Shown: in pieces, positions 12,515 through 21,691 of the stretch
Layout of the letters: each line of letters starts with the position of its first letter
Numbering within the stretch: the stretch's first letter is position 1
From: Burkholderiales bacterium
GTDB taxonomy: Bacteria > Pseudomonadota > Gammaproteobacteria > Burkholderiales > Burkholderiaceae_C
Assembly (NCBI GenBank): GCA_038327405.1
Contig: JBBQKZ010000003.1
Span: 102 to 64,101, forward strand
Direction of reading: 5' to 3'
Length of the DNA: 64,000 nt
Translations under genes and position numbers: made by a program
The notes under the pieces: model-generated
What the model was told of the DNA's origin: nothing
The model's input: the letters and a program-made list of their open reading frames with translations, nothing else
Database searches by the model: none

Positions 12515-13444
12515 ATGACGCTTCCCCTGCTGAAAAGCGCGCTTCTGCTGGCCCTTGGCCTGATCACAACGCTCTCCCACGCCGTGGAGGTGAGGTTTTC
12601 ACCTGTGGCGCCGGGTGTGTACGCCTTCGTGGGGGAGAAGGGCGGGCGCACCTACGAGAACGAAGGGCTCAACGCAAACATTGGCCTGGTGGTCACGCCC
12701 GCCGGCGCGCTGCTGGTGGACAGCGGCGCCAGCTACCTGGGCGCGAAGCAGATCCACGAGGCGGTGAAAAAAGTCACCTCACAACCGGTCAAGTGGGTCA
12801 TCAACACCGGCGGACAGGACCACCGCTGGCTCGGCAACGGCTACTTTCTGGCCCAGGGCGCCGAGGTGATCGCCCACGCCAGCGGACGGGCCGACATGCT
12901 CGCGCGCGGCGGCGACCACATGAACAGCCTGCGGCCAGAGCTGAAGGAAAAGCTTGAAGGCACTGTGCCCACACTGCCTTCGCGCTGGATCGAAGGCAGC
13001 CAGGAAACCCTGAACCTCGGCGGTACCGTGGTGGAGGTGCGGCACATGGGCGGCGCGCACACGCCGGGGGATGTGGTGGTCTGGCTGCCCGCAACGCGTG
13101 TGGCGTTCAGCGGCGACATCGTTTACGTGGACCGCATGCTGGGCGTGCTGCCGGTCAGCCACACCGGCCGCTGGCTGCAGAGCTTTGCAGCGCTGCAAGC
13201 CCTGCAGCCTGAGCGCATCGTGCCCGGCCACGGCGAGGTGAGCGACCTGGGTACCGCCCAGGGCCACACGCGCGACTATTTGGTGGCCCTGCGTGCGCAC
13301 ATGAAGAAGGCGGTCGACGACGGTGCGGAGATCAGCGCCGCCATCAAGGCGTTTGACGCCCAGCCGTGGATGGGTCTGCTCAACGCGGCCCAGCTGCACC
13401 CCGGCAACGCCAGCCGCACCTACCTGGAGCTCGAACGGGAATGA
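12515..13444 (+). CDS. Exported MBL-fold metallo-hydrolase, SoxH-like
   Basis: Signal peptide, LLVDSG, VINTGGQDHRWLGNG, AHTPGD, FSGDIV, IVPGHG. Confidence 0.8.
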   Translation: MTLPLLKSALLLALGLITTLSHAVEVRFSPVAPGVYAFVGEKGGRTYENEGLNANIGLVVTPAGALLVDSGASYLGAKQIHEAVKKVTSQPVKWVINTGGQDHRWLGNGYFLAQGAEVIAHASGRADMLARGGDHMNSLRPELKEKLEGTVPTLPSRWIEGSQETLNLGGTVVEVRHMGGAHTPGDVVVWLPATRVAFSGDIVYVDRMLGVLPVSHTGRWLQSFAALQALQPERIVPGHGEVSDLGTAQGHTRDYLVALRAHMKKAVDDGAEISAAIKAFDAQPWMGLLNAAQLHPGNASRTYLELERE

Positions 13445-13505
13445 AGGCTTTCCGCTTCGGGTGACCGGGGCGTTTCCGGGACCAGGTGCGGTCGCCCTGA
13501 GGCTG

Positions 13506-13613
13506 CCCTTCGACAAGCTCAGGATGATCGGAGGACACCCGTTCGGGCTGAGCCTGTCGAAGCCCTTGCCAGCCAGCAACGCACGAGCCCTTCGACAAGC
13601 TCAGGGCGAACGG
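13506..13613. repeat. REP-like family A cluster, three alternating units
   Basis: Units at about 13506-13531, 13539-13566 and 13587-13613 (CTTCGACAAGCTCAG / CTGAGCCTGTCGAAG). Confidence 0.85.
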
Positions 13614-13669
13614 ATCTCTGGTGCGGTGCTCAACAGGCGATGTGGTGCGATGCTTGCTTGACCTTCCCC

Positions 13670-15298
13670 ATGCCCCACCGCACCGACCCCGACCACACCG
13701 GCACCGACTGGCACGCCCAGGAGCTGCTGCTCATGCGCGAGGTGATGAAGCTGGTGGGCCGCAGCCTGGCGCCGGCGTTTGTGTTGCGCGAGATGCTGCA
13801 CCTCATGAGCGAGCTGCTCGGGCTGAACCGGGGGCGCATGGTGCTGGCCGACGAAGCCACCGGCGGCCAGACCCGGGACCAGCGCACCGCCTCCATTCGC
13901 CACGCCTACGGCCTCACCGCCGGGCAGGTGGCCAGCGGCGTGTATCGCTGGGGCGAGGGCATCACCGGGCGCGTGCTGCAGACCGGCCTGCCCGCCATCG
14001 TGCAGGACGTGGACGCCGAGCCGCTCTTTCTGTTTCGCTGCGTGCCGCGCAGCCAGCTGCCGCCGCAGACCGTGGCCTTTCTGGCGCTGCCCATCGAGGT
14101 GAACGGCGCCACCATCGGCGTGCTGGCCTGCCACCGCATCCGCAGCCGCCAACGCCACCTGAACGACGACCTGGCGCTGCTGCGCATTTTGGCCACGCTG
14201 GCCGGGCAGCTGCTGCAGCTGGAACAGCTGGTGGCCGAGGAAACCCGCCAGCTCGAAGAGCGCAACGCCGCCCTGGCCCGCGCGCTCGATACGAGCACCG
14301 CGCGCTACGGGCTCATTGGCCGCTCACCCGCGCTGTTGCAAGCCCTGGGCGAGCTGGAGCGGGTGTCGCAGTCGCAGGCCACGGTGCTGCTGCTGGGCGA
14401 GTCGGGCACCGGCAAGGAGCTGTTTGCCCGCGCCGTGCACCTGGCCAGCGGCCGGCACGACCAGCCCTTCATCAAGGTGAACTGCTCGGCCATCCCCGAC
14501 ACCTTGTTCGAGTCCGAACTGTTTGGCTACGAGCGCGGCGCCTTCACCGGCGCCAACACCGCGCGCGCCGGCTGGTTCGAGCAGGCCAACGGCGGCACCA
14601 TCTTTCTGGACGAGATCGGCGAGCTGCCGCTGGCCATGCAGAGCAAGCTGCTGCGCACCCTGCAAGAAGGCACGCTGGTGCGCCTGGGCGGCACGCGCGA
14701 GCTCAAGGTGAATGTGCGCCTGGTGGCCGCGACCAACCGGGACCTGGCGCGCGACGTGCAGGCCGGGCAGTTCCGGCAAGACCTGTATTACCGGCTCAAC
14801 GTGATCCCGATCCGCCTGCCCAGCCTGCGCGAGCGGCGCGAAGACATCCGCGCACTCGCCCTGCATTTTGTGAACCGCGCCAACCAGGCCCACGAACGCA
14901 ACGTGCACCTGGCGCCCGAGGCCATGGCGCGGCTGGAAGCGCACGACTGGCCCGGCAACATCCGCGAGCTCGGTAACCTCATCGAACGCCTGGTGCTGCT
15001 GACCGACCACACCCGCGTGACCGCCGTGGCGCTGGAGCGCTTCATGCCCGAGTCGTCACCACCCGCTCCCGGCGCGGTGAATGCCATGCAAGGGCCACGC
15101 GCCACCGCACCGCCAGCCGTGGCCGGCCCGGCGCCCGACGCCCTGGTGCGCGACTACCAAAGCGCCAACTCCCACACGGCCGAGCACCTGCGCAAGGCGC
15201 TCGACCAACACCAGGGCAACCAGTCGCGCGCTGCGCAAAGCCTGGGGCTCACGCTCCGGCAGTTCAGCTACCGGCTGCGCAAGGCCGGGCTGCGGTGA
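13670..15298 (+). CDS. NifA/CynF-like sigma54-dependent activator (GAF + AAA+ + Fis HTH)
   Basis: N-terminal GAF region, Walker [20 protein letters not shown]-like [20 protein letters not shown]-terminal [14 protein letters not shown]; ATG at 13670 (GTG 13640 is an alternative). Confidence 0.92.
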   Translation: MPHRTDPDHTGTDWHAQELLLMREVMKLVGRSLAPAFVLREMLHLMSELLGLNRGRMVLADEATGGQTRDQRTASIRHAYGLTAGQVASGVYRWGEGITGRVLQTGLPAIVQDVDAEPLFLFRCVPRSQLPPQTVAFLALPIEVNGATIGVLACHRIRSRQRHLNDDLALLRILATLAGQLLQLEQLVAEETRQLEERNAALARALDTSTARYGLIGRSPALLQALGELERVSQSQATVLLLGESGTGKELFARAVHLASGRHDQPFIKVNCSAIPDTLFESELFGYERGAFTGANTARAGWFEQANGGTIFLDEIGELPLAMQSKLLRTLQEGTLVRLGGTRELKVNVRLVAATNRDLARDVQAGQFRQDLYYRLNVIPIRLPSLRERREDIRALALHFVNRANQAHERNVHLAPEAMARLEAHDWPGNIRELGNLIERLVLLTDHTRVTAVALERFMPESSPPAPGAVNAMQGPRATAPPAVAGPAPDALVRDYQSANSHTAEHLRKALDQHQGNQSRAAQSLGLTLRQFSYRLRKAGLR

Positions 15299-15428
15299 GG
15301 CCAAGGCAATGGCCCCCGGCGCTCCAAGGCTCGGCGATACTCGAAACCGCGTTCCGGTGAGCGCCCGGTCCTGAGCCAAAGCGACTGCGCTTCACCCCAC
15401 CCTTCAAACAACTGCACACGAAAAAATT

Positions 15429-15947
15429 ATGGAAAAGCTGCTCTCGGGCGTGGGTTCGCTGCTGTACGGCATGCGCTTCACCATGCTCTTTTTCTACGTC
15501 GGGCTGGTCGCCATCATCTTCGGCATCCTGGGCAAGTTTTTGCTGGAAACCTACAAGCTCTTCATCACCCTGATGTTCGAAGATCTGCAAAAGATCGACC
15601 TGATCATCAAGGTGCTCGAGCTGGTGGACATGACCATGGTCGCCCAGCTGGTCTGGGTGGTGGCGCTGGCGGGCGTGTCGCTGTTCGTGACCACCGGGCA
15701 CTTCGATTCAAAAGAGATGAAAAAGCCCGACTGGCTCGATCACGTCAACACCTACAACCTCAAGCTCAAGCTGGCCTTCGCCATCATTTCCATCTCGGGC
15801 GTGCACGCCCTCAAAACCTACCTCAGCGGCGAGCTGACCCTGGAAAACATCCAGGTCGTCACCATGGTGGCGGTGATCCACTTCACCTTCGTGCTCTCGG
15901 CCATCGGCATCTCGTTCGCCGAGCGGCTGACGCGAGACAAACACTGA
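15429..15947 (+). CDS. YqhA/UPF0114 family membrane protein
   Basis: LELVDMTMVAQLV and DWL...LKLKLAFAIISISGVHALK patterns, 4 TM segments. Confidence 0.8.
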   Translation: MEKLLSGVGSLLYGMRFTMLFFYVGLVAIIFGILGKFLLETYKLFITLMFEDLQKIDLIIKVLELVDMTMVAQLVWVVALAGVSLFVTTGHFDSKEMKKPDWLDHVNTYNLKLKLAFAIISISGVHALKTYLSGELTLENIQVVTMVAVIHFTFVLSAIGISFAERLTRDKH

Positions 15948-15959
15948 AGCAGCGCCGCC

Positions 15960-16175
15960 ATGAAAACCATCGACGAAATGCTGAACCTGGCCCTGCTCAC
16001 CCCCGACGAGCACCAGCAGATCAGCAGCTGGATTGCCCAGGCCGACACCCCCGACGAGATCCTGAAGATGCCGCCCCTGCTGTGGCGGGCGGTGGAGCGG
16101 GCGAGTGCGGTGATGGGGATTGACGAGGATTTGCTGCGGCCGCCTGCGCTAGATGGGGACGACGTGACCAGCTAA
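15960..16175 (+). CDS. Small hypothetical protein (71 aa)
   Basis: ORF 12 bp after yqhA, host-like codon usage. Confidence 0.65.
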   Translation: MKTIDEMLNLALLTPDEHQQISSWIAQADTPDEILKMPPLLWRAVERASAVMGIDEDLLRPPALDGDDVTS

Positions 16176-16343
16176 TTGAGACCGCGCTAAATGTCCATCA
16201 CTCTATTCAGAGGCTACTACAGGTGTGGAAAGCATGTCGGCCCTCAGCCAGAAACAGGTTCTTCCCCCAGAGTGAAATCGGATATTCAACGATTGAGCTG
16301 AGGAGCTTTCTACTTAGCGGCGGATGACCCGGCTTGGTTAGGG

Positions 16344-17060
16344 CTAGGCAGAACTGGGTTGCCAAAAGTCTGCGCTAGCGTTTGCGAGTTGGGCGTCCAA
16401 ACTGTCCCACGCGAACCCGGAGTTGCGAATCAGCATCCCCAGGTCCTCCACAAGAGATTGCATCATGTCGATGACGCGCTTCAAGTCGGCCCACTTGATG
16501 CCGAGCTGACCGATATCTACGAACTGGTACTTGTCGGCCACCAAGTGAACCTCACTATGCGCAGAGACTTTGTCTCTGATAGTGAGAAAGCCTTGCAGCG
16601 CGGGGTCGGACTCAAGAGCAAAAAACCTTATGTTGGTGCGAGTAAGGATCTCGTCAAACTGGAATCGGCGCTCGTCCCGTTCGCGTAACTCCATGCGCTT
16701 GAGAGCCTCGCGAATCTCTGCATCGGTCTCTTCTGCGATTGAAGGCAGAGTCCAAACCGCAAATCGGTCTCGCAGTTCGGCTTGAAGCTTCGCATCGCGC
16801 AGGGTGCTGACAAGCCTCTTGATACTTGGTGTTCTTTCGTCCCGATCGAGGGACAGCTTTGCAATGTCCTGCGCGCAGGAGAGAAAAAGTGAATGCCGGA
16901 GAGTCTGAAATCCCCGCGCTCGCACTTTCGAACCATGTTGCTTCACAACGGCGGCGTCGAACAGCATCGGGTGCAATAGCGCATAACGCTCTTTAAGGCT
17001 GATAAATGCATCGAGGAGATGGCTGGTATGAGCTTCGAGCTTGTCAATGCAAGTAGGCAT
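16344..17060 (-). CDS. AbiU2-like HEPN-domain protein (putative defence RNase), lower GC than host
   Basis: 238 aa helical protein with SCAQDIAKLSLD...PSIKRL and RDKVSAH (R-x5-H HEPN-type motif); sampled lines 48-60% GC versus about 70% in a sampled host gene. Confidence 0.6.
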   Translation of the reverse strand: MPTCIDKLEAHTSHLLDAFISLKERYALLHPMLFDAAVVKQHGSKVRARGFQTLRHSLFLSCAQDIAKLSLDRDERTPSIKRLVSTLRDAKLQAELRDRFAVWTLPSIAEETDAEIREALKRMELRERDERRFQFDEILTRTNIRFFALESDPALQGFLTIRDKVSAHSEVHLVADKYQFVDIGQLGIKWADLKRVIDMMQSLVEDLGMLIRNSGFAWDSLDAQLANASADFWQPSSA

Positions 17061-17379
17061 ATCTGGATTTCGACTCAAAGTGGGAGCTAAGCGGGCAACA
17101 GTGGAAGGCCGTTTGCCCGGACCATTGAAAATGCATCTCGAAGCACTGGCCCGGTGATCGCGATATTACGTTCTCATCCTGCTCGACTGTGGGCTCTTAC
17201 GTTGGGCGTTGTCTTCATTGGAGACGCGCGGACCCCCTATGTGTGTAATGCAATGCCGCTCAAACTTTGTGGGACACCTTCGCTGATTGCTTAGGAACTT
17301 CTGTCTTGGCTCAAAACTGAGATGCTCGCCCTCTCATCCGGAGCCTCGGGCACTCCCAATGCGATCAACCTGGCCTCAA

Positions 17380-17408
17380 CACTGTGTCGACATTGTGTTC
17401 ACACAGTG
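17380..17408. promoter_or_regulatory. Inverted repeat CACTGTGT-N13-ACACAGTG, candidate activator UAS
   Basis: Perfect 8-bp arms about 115 bp upstream of the sigma54 promoter at 17511. Confidence 0.5.
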
Positions 17409-17510
17409 GCGACGCCAAGCCATGGCCAGCGCCAATCCATCTCCGAAGCATTCTCAACAAACCCAACAAATTCAACGCCCTTCCAGCGTTGACACCACCT
17501 CGTTCCCCCC

Positions 17511-17525
17511 TGGCACGCAGGTTGC
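17511..17525 (+). promoter_or_regulatory. Sigma54 (-24/-12) promoter of the rhodanese operon
   Basis: TGGCACGCAGGTTGC, a near-perfect TGGCAC-N5-TTGC, 50 bp before the rhodanese ATG. Confidence 0.9.
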
Positions 17526-17574
17526 GCTAGAGACCTCAGGCAATCCCGCCTTCCGCCACTTCCGCGAGGTCTCC

Positions 17575-18468
17575 ATGAGCATTGACGCCACCCTGATCGC
17601 CCCCGCCCAGCTTGCTGCGCTGCAGTCGTCCGAACCCGTCGTGGTCATCGACACGCGTGACGCGGACACCTTTGCCGCCGGTCACATTCCCGGTGCCGTG
17701 AACCTGCGCGAAGTGTTCACGTATCTGGCCACCTCCACACCCGAAGGCCTGCAGGCGCTCAAGGCCACGTTCGCCGAGGCGCTGGGCGCGGCCGGTTTGT
17801 CGGGCAAAGAGACGGCGGTGTTTTACGAAGACGCGATGAACAGCGGCTACGGCCAGTCGTGCCGCGGCTACTACCTGCTCACCTGGCTGGGCTACCCCAA
17901 GATCAAGGTGCTCAACGGCGGCTTCAGCGCCTGGAAATCCGCCGGCCTGCCCATCTCCACCACGGCCGCCACACCCACGCCCACCACCTTCCCCGCAGAT
18001 CTGCCCACGGCCGACGTGATGCTCACGCAAGACGACGTGAAGGCTGCCCTGGGCACCGACACCGTGTTGCTCGACGTGCGCGACATCGACGAGTGGATCG
18101 GCGAATCGTCGTCGCCTTACGGCAAGGACTTCGCGCCCCGCAAGGGCCGCCTGCCCGGCGCCAAGTGGCTCGAGTGGTACCGCTTCATGAAGCCTTCCGC
18201 ACAAGGCCCGGTGTTCAAGACGCCCGACGAAGTCAAGGCCGAGTGCGCCACCGCCGGCATCACCACCGACGACACCATCTACCTCTACTGCTTCAAGGGC
18301 GCGCGCGCGTCCAACACCTTCCTGGCGCTCAAGCAGGCCGGCTTCTCCGACGTGCGCATGTACTTCGGCTCGTGGAACGAGTGGTCGCGCGACGAGAGCC
18401 TGCCGATCGAAACCGGTCTGCCGGTGGCCAAGTCCACCAGGAAGCCTGCGCTGGCCCTGGCCGCCTGA
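17575..18468 (+). CDS. Tandem-domain sulfurtransferase (rhodanese, SseA-like)
   Basis: GHIPGAVN, LLDVR, GRLPGA, active loop YCFKGARAS, YFGSWNEWS signature; ATG 17575. Confidence 0.92.
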   Translation: MSIDATLIAPAQLAALQSSEPVVVIDTRDADTFAAGHIPGAVNLREVFTYLATSTPEGLQALKATFAEALGAAGLSGKETAVFYEDAMNSGYGQSCRGYYLLTWLGYPKIKVLNGGFSAWKSAGLPISTTAATPTPTTFPADLPTADVMLTQDDVKAALGTDTVLLDVRDIDEWIGESSSPYGKDFAPRKGRLPGAKWLEWYRFMKPSAQGPVFKTPDEVKAECATAGITTDDTIYLYCFKGARASNTFLALKQAGFSDVRMYFGSWNEWSRDESLPIETGLPVAKSTRKPALALAA

Positions 18469-18508
18469 GCTTTTCCCTTTCCCCGATTCCTGAACACCTG
18501 GAGACACC

Positions 18509-19069
18509 ATGTCCGCTACCGACACGCTTGAGCCTGTGACCACCGTGAAGGCGTACCTGCGCCCCATCGACAGCGAGGGCCTCGCGGCCTTTGCCGCCAA
18601 GGGCAAGGCCAACCCCGCCAGCCGTGGCACCAACAAGGTCCACACCGTCATGGAGGGGCAGTACCGCTCGCTCTCCACCGTGGGCAACCACGCGCCGGTG
18701 GTGGTGGACGAGCCGCTGCACCTCTTCGGCGAAGACACGGCCCCGGCGCCCGGCGAGATCGTGCTGTCGGGCCTGGGCGGATGTCTCGCGGTGGGCATCA
18801 CGGCGGTGGCCACCTGGAAGGGCGTGAAGCTCAGCAAGCTCGAGGTGTTCATGGAAGGCGACATCGGCAACCCAGCTGCGTGGGGCGCCGGAGGCGCGCT
18901 GGAGAAGCTGCCGTCCGAGATGGGCTTTCAGGCCATCCGCGTGAGGGTGGTGGTGGAGGGCGATGCGCCGCGCGAGGTGCTGGACGAGATCGTGAAGCAC
19001 GCCAACTTCTATTCACCCGTGGCCAACAGCATGCGCAACCCGATTCCGTTCGAGATTGCGATGGCCTGA
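18509..19069 (+). CDS. OsmC/Ohr family protein
   Basis: VDEPLHLFGEDTAPAPGE, LGGCL, SPVANS..NPI; RBS GGAGA. Confidence 0.88.
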   Translation: MSATDTLEPVTTVKAYLRPIDSEGLAAFAAKGKANPASRGTNKVHTVMEGQYRSLSTVGNHAPVVVDEPLHLFGEDTAPAPGEIVLSGLGGCLAVGITAVATWKGVKLSKLEVFMEGDIGNPAAWGAGGALEKLPSEMGFQAIRVRVVVEGDAPREVLDEIVKHANFYSPVANSMRNPIPFEIAMA

Positions 19070-19077
19070 TGTGTTTT

Positions 19078-19180
19078 GCTCCCTCCCCCGCTGGGGGAGG
19101 GCAGGGGTGGGGGTACGTGTGAAGCGGCTTTGTCGGCGCGCGGGCCCCCATCCCAACCTTCCCCCAGAGGGGGAAGGAGT
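19078..19180. repeat. REP-like family B pair (CCCTCCCCC..GGGGGAGGG / CCTTCCCCC..GGGGGAAGG)
   Basis: Two GC-rich hairpins in inverted arrangement, followed at once by a family A unit. Confidence 0.75.
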
Positions 19181-19189
19181 GAATTCACC

Positions 19190-19215
19190 CCGATCATCCT
19201 GAGCCTGTCGAAGGG
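19190..19215. repeat. REP-like family A single unit
   Basis: CCGATCATCCTGAGCCTGTCGAAGGG, the near reverse complement of the 13506 unit. Confidence 0.75.
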
Positions 19216-19238
19216 CCCACCCACCTGCTGGAGCTTGA

Positions 19239-20387
19239 ATGAACCCGAACGATCTGCCCCGCGAGCTGACGCAAGAAGCATCGGCCAACGAGATGTTGGC
19301 GGCCGTGCGCACCGTGGCGCAGGGCCCGCTGGCCGACGTGGTGGAAGCCTGCGACCGCAACGGCTTCTACCCGCGCGATATATTGCAACAGCTGGGCGCG
19401 CTCGGCGCATTCAGCGCGCACCTCGACGCTCCCGTGGGCCGGGCCGACTACGGCCTGGCGATCCGCGCCATGGCGGAGGTCTCGCGCGTGTGCGGTGCCA
19501 CCGGTTTCATGGTGTGGTGCCAGGCGGTGTGTGGCCTGTACATGCAGGCCTCGGGCAACCCGGCGCTGATGGGTGATGCGCTCACCGCACACGCCAGCGG
19601 CGTCACGCTGGGCGGCACCGGCATGTCCAACCCCATGAAGAGTTACGCGCAGATCGAGAGCCTGCTGCTCAAGGCCACGCCGGTGGAGGGCGGCTACCTC
19701 GTCAACGGCACGCTGCCCTGGGTGAGCAACCTCGGGCCCGACCATGCCTGCGGTGTGCTCGCGGCGGTGATGAACGGCGACGAGCTCGCCGGGCGCGAAG
19801 TGATGTTTCTGCTGCGCTGCAACGCCCCCGGCATGGAGCTGCGCGAATGCCCCAGCTTCTCCGCCATGGAAGGCACGGGCACCTACGCGCTGCGCCTCAC
19901 CAACGTGTTCATCGGCGCCGACGAGGTCATGGCCGAGCCGGCCAAGCCGTTCATCGCGCGCATCCGCGCCGCCTTCGTCATGCTCCAGTGCGGCATGGCC
20001 GTGGGCGTCACGCAGGGCGCCATCGACTCCATCTGGGAAGTCGAGGCGCAGCTCGGCCATGTGAACCAGTTTCTGGAAGACCGGCCCGACGCGCTGCAGG
20101 CCGAGCTGGACGCGCTCACCGCGCGCGTAATGAAACTGGCCGAAACACCGTTCAACCCGTCGGTGGAGTTTTTCATCGACGTGCTCGACGCACGCGCGCA
20201 CGGCGCCGAGCTGTCGCTTCGCGCCGCGCAGTCGGCCCTGCTGCACCAGGGCGCACGCGGTTACCTCATGAGCTCGGCTGTGCAGCGGCGCGTGCGCGAG
20301 TCGCACTTTGTGGCGATCGTCACGCCCGCCATCAAACACCTGCGCAAGGAGATCGCGCGGCTCTCGGCCGAGGTGATGCCGGCATGA
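19239..20387 (+). CDS. Acyl-CoA dehydrogenase-fold flavoprotein (possibly a DszC/SfnC-type monooxygenase)
   Basis: [44 protein letters not shown]; ACAD-fold layout. Confidence 0.8.
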   Translation: MNPNDLPRELTQEASANEMLAAVRTVAQGPLADVVEACDRNGFYPRDILQQLGALGAFSAHLDAPVGRADYGLAIRAMAEVSRVCGATGFMVWCQAVCGLYMQASGNPALMGDALTAHASGVTLGGTGMSNPMKSYAQIESLLLKATPVEGGYLVNGTLPWVSNLGPDHACGVLAAVMNGDELAGREVMFLLRCNAPGMELRECPSFSAMEGTGTYALRLTNVFIGADEVMAEPAKPFIARIRAAFVMLQCGMAVGVTQGAIDSIWEVEAQLGHVNQFLEDRPDALQAELDALTARVMKLAETPFNPSVEFFIDVLDARAHGAELSLRAAQSALLHQGARGYLMSSAVQRRVRESHFVAIVTPAIKHLRKEIARLSAEVMPA

Positions 20388-21682
20388 ACACCCCACCAGT
20401 CGAGATGAGCCCCCCTCAGTTCGGGCTGAGCTTGTCGAAGCCCTCACCAGAAGCCACCGTGCAAGCCCTCGCACCCTGGCAGCAGTACATCTGCGACGCC
20501 TGCGGCTACATCTACAACGAAGCCGACGGCGACCCCGACGGGGGCTTGCCACCCGGCACGCGCTACGCCGACATTCCCGACGACTGGTCTTGCCCACTGT
20601 GCGGCGTGACCAAGGCCGACTTCACGCCGTACACACCGCCCAGCCTCGAAGCCTTGCGCGCCGGCATGACGAACAGCGCCCCGGTGGCCACACGCGGCGC
20701 GGCCGGCGTACTCATCGTCGGCGCAGGGCGCGCCGGCTGGCAGATGGCCGAAGCCCTGCGCTCGCTTGACGCCGTATTACCCATCACCGTGGTCACGGCC
20801 TGCGCGGGCGACGTGTACGACAAGCCCATGCTGTCCATCGCCATGGCGCGCAGTACCGCGCTGGACGCCATGGTCAGGGAAAGCGGCACGGCGGCGGCAG
20901 CGCGCCTGAACGTGCGCCTGATCAGCCACACGCAGGCCGTGCGCATCTGCACCGACACCCGGCAGCTGCGCACCACACGCGGCAACCTGAAATATGACCG
21001 CCTCGTGCTGGCCCACGGCGCACAAGCCGCGCTGCCACCCTCGCTGCCCGCTGCGATGTGCTGGCGCATCAACCACCTGGCGGCGTACCAGAAGCTGCGC
21101 ACAGCACTCGGCGACACGCCGAAGGACGTGACCATCGTCGGCGCCGGCCTGATCGGCAGCGAACTCGCCAACGACCTCGCGCTCGGCGGCCACCGCATCA
21201 CCTTGCTGGACGTGCAGACCGAGCCGCTCGCGCGCTGGAGCGCCGAGGGCGCAGGCAGCCAACTGCTCGACGCGTGGAAAGACCTCGCCATCCGATTCGT
21301 GGGCGGTGTGCAGGTGGCACAGCTGGAGCAGGTGGCGGGCCGCTACCGCATCACCACCACCTGCGGCCAGCGCTTCGCCGCCGACCAGGTGATCGCCGCC
21401 GCCGGCCTGAGCACGCCGCCGCGCCTGGCGCAGAGTGCCGACCTGAAGTGGTACAACGGCATCGCTGTGGATGCGGCGAACCTGAAGACGAGCAACGAGC
21501 TCATCCACGCCATGGGCGACTGCATCGCCATCAACGGCCAACCCAGCCGCTTCATCGAACCCATCGCAAGGCAAGCCCGGGCCATCGCGGCCGACATCTG
21601 CGGCACAACCCCGGCGCCCTACGAACCACGCGCAGCGGTGGTGCGGGTCAAGACGACCTCACGGCCTCTGACCCTGCACTGA
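20384..21682 (+). CDS. Rubredoxin fused to an FAD/NAD(P)H-dependent rubredoxin reductase
   Basis: [10 protein letters not shown]...[10 protein letters not shown] rubredoxin, then GAGRAG FAD motif, [18 protein letters not shown] motif, MGDC; overlaps the ACAD stop (ATGA). Confidence 0.92.
   Translation: MNTPPVEMSPPQFGLSLSKPSPEATVQALAPWQQYICDACGYIYNEADGDPDGGLPPGTRYADIPDDWSCPLCGVTKADFTPYTPPSLEALRAGMTNSAPVATRGAAGVLIVGAGRAGWQMAEALRSLDAVLPITVVTACAGDVYDKPMLSIAMARSTALDAMVRESGTAAAARLNVRLISHTQAVRICTDTRQLRTTRGNLKYDRLVLAHGAQAALPPSLPAAMCWRINHLAAYQKLRTALGDTPKDVTIVGAGLIGSELANDLALGGHRITLLDVQTEPLARWSAEGAGSQLLDAWKDLAIRFVGGVQVAQLEQVAGRYRITTTCGQRFAADQVIAAAGLSTPPRLAQSADLKWYNGIAVDAANLKTSNELIHAMGDCIAINGQPSRFIEPIARQARAIAADICGTTPAPYEPRAAVVRVKTTSRPLTLH
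20417..20443. repeat. REP-like family A unit inside the 5' end of the rubredoxin gene
   Basis: CAGTTCGGGCTGAGCTTGTCGAAGCCC encodes QFGLSLSKP in frame. Confidence 0.75.
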
Positions 21683-21691
21683 GCGCCGTCC

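Noticed and set aside
13506-13613. Repeat cluster as a mini-CRISPR array
   Set aside because: Units alternate in orientation, spacers are short and unequal, and there are no cas genes; it fits a REP/BIME.
13670-15298. Calling the activator nifA (nitrogen fixation)
   Set aside because: There are no nif genes in the window; the architecture is shared by many sigma54 activators, and the cyn context favours a CynF-like role.
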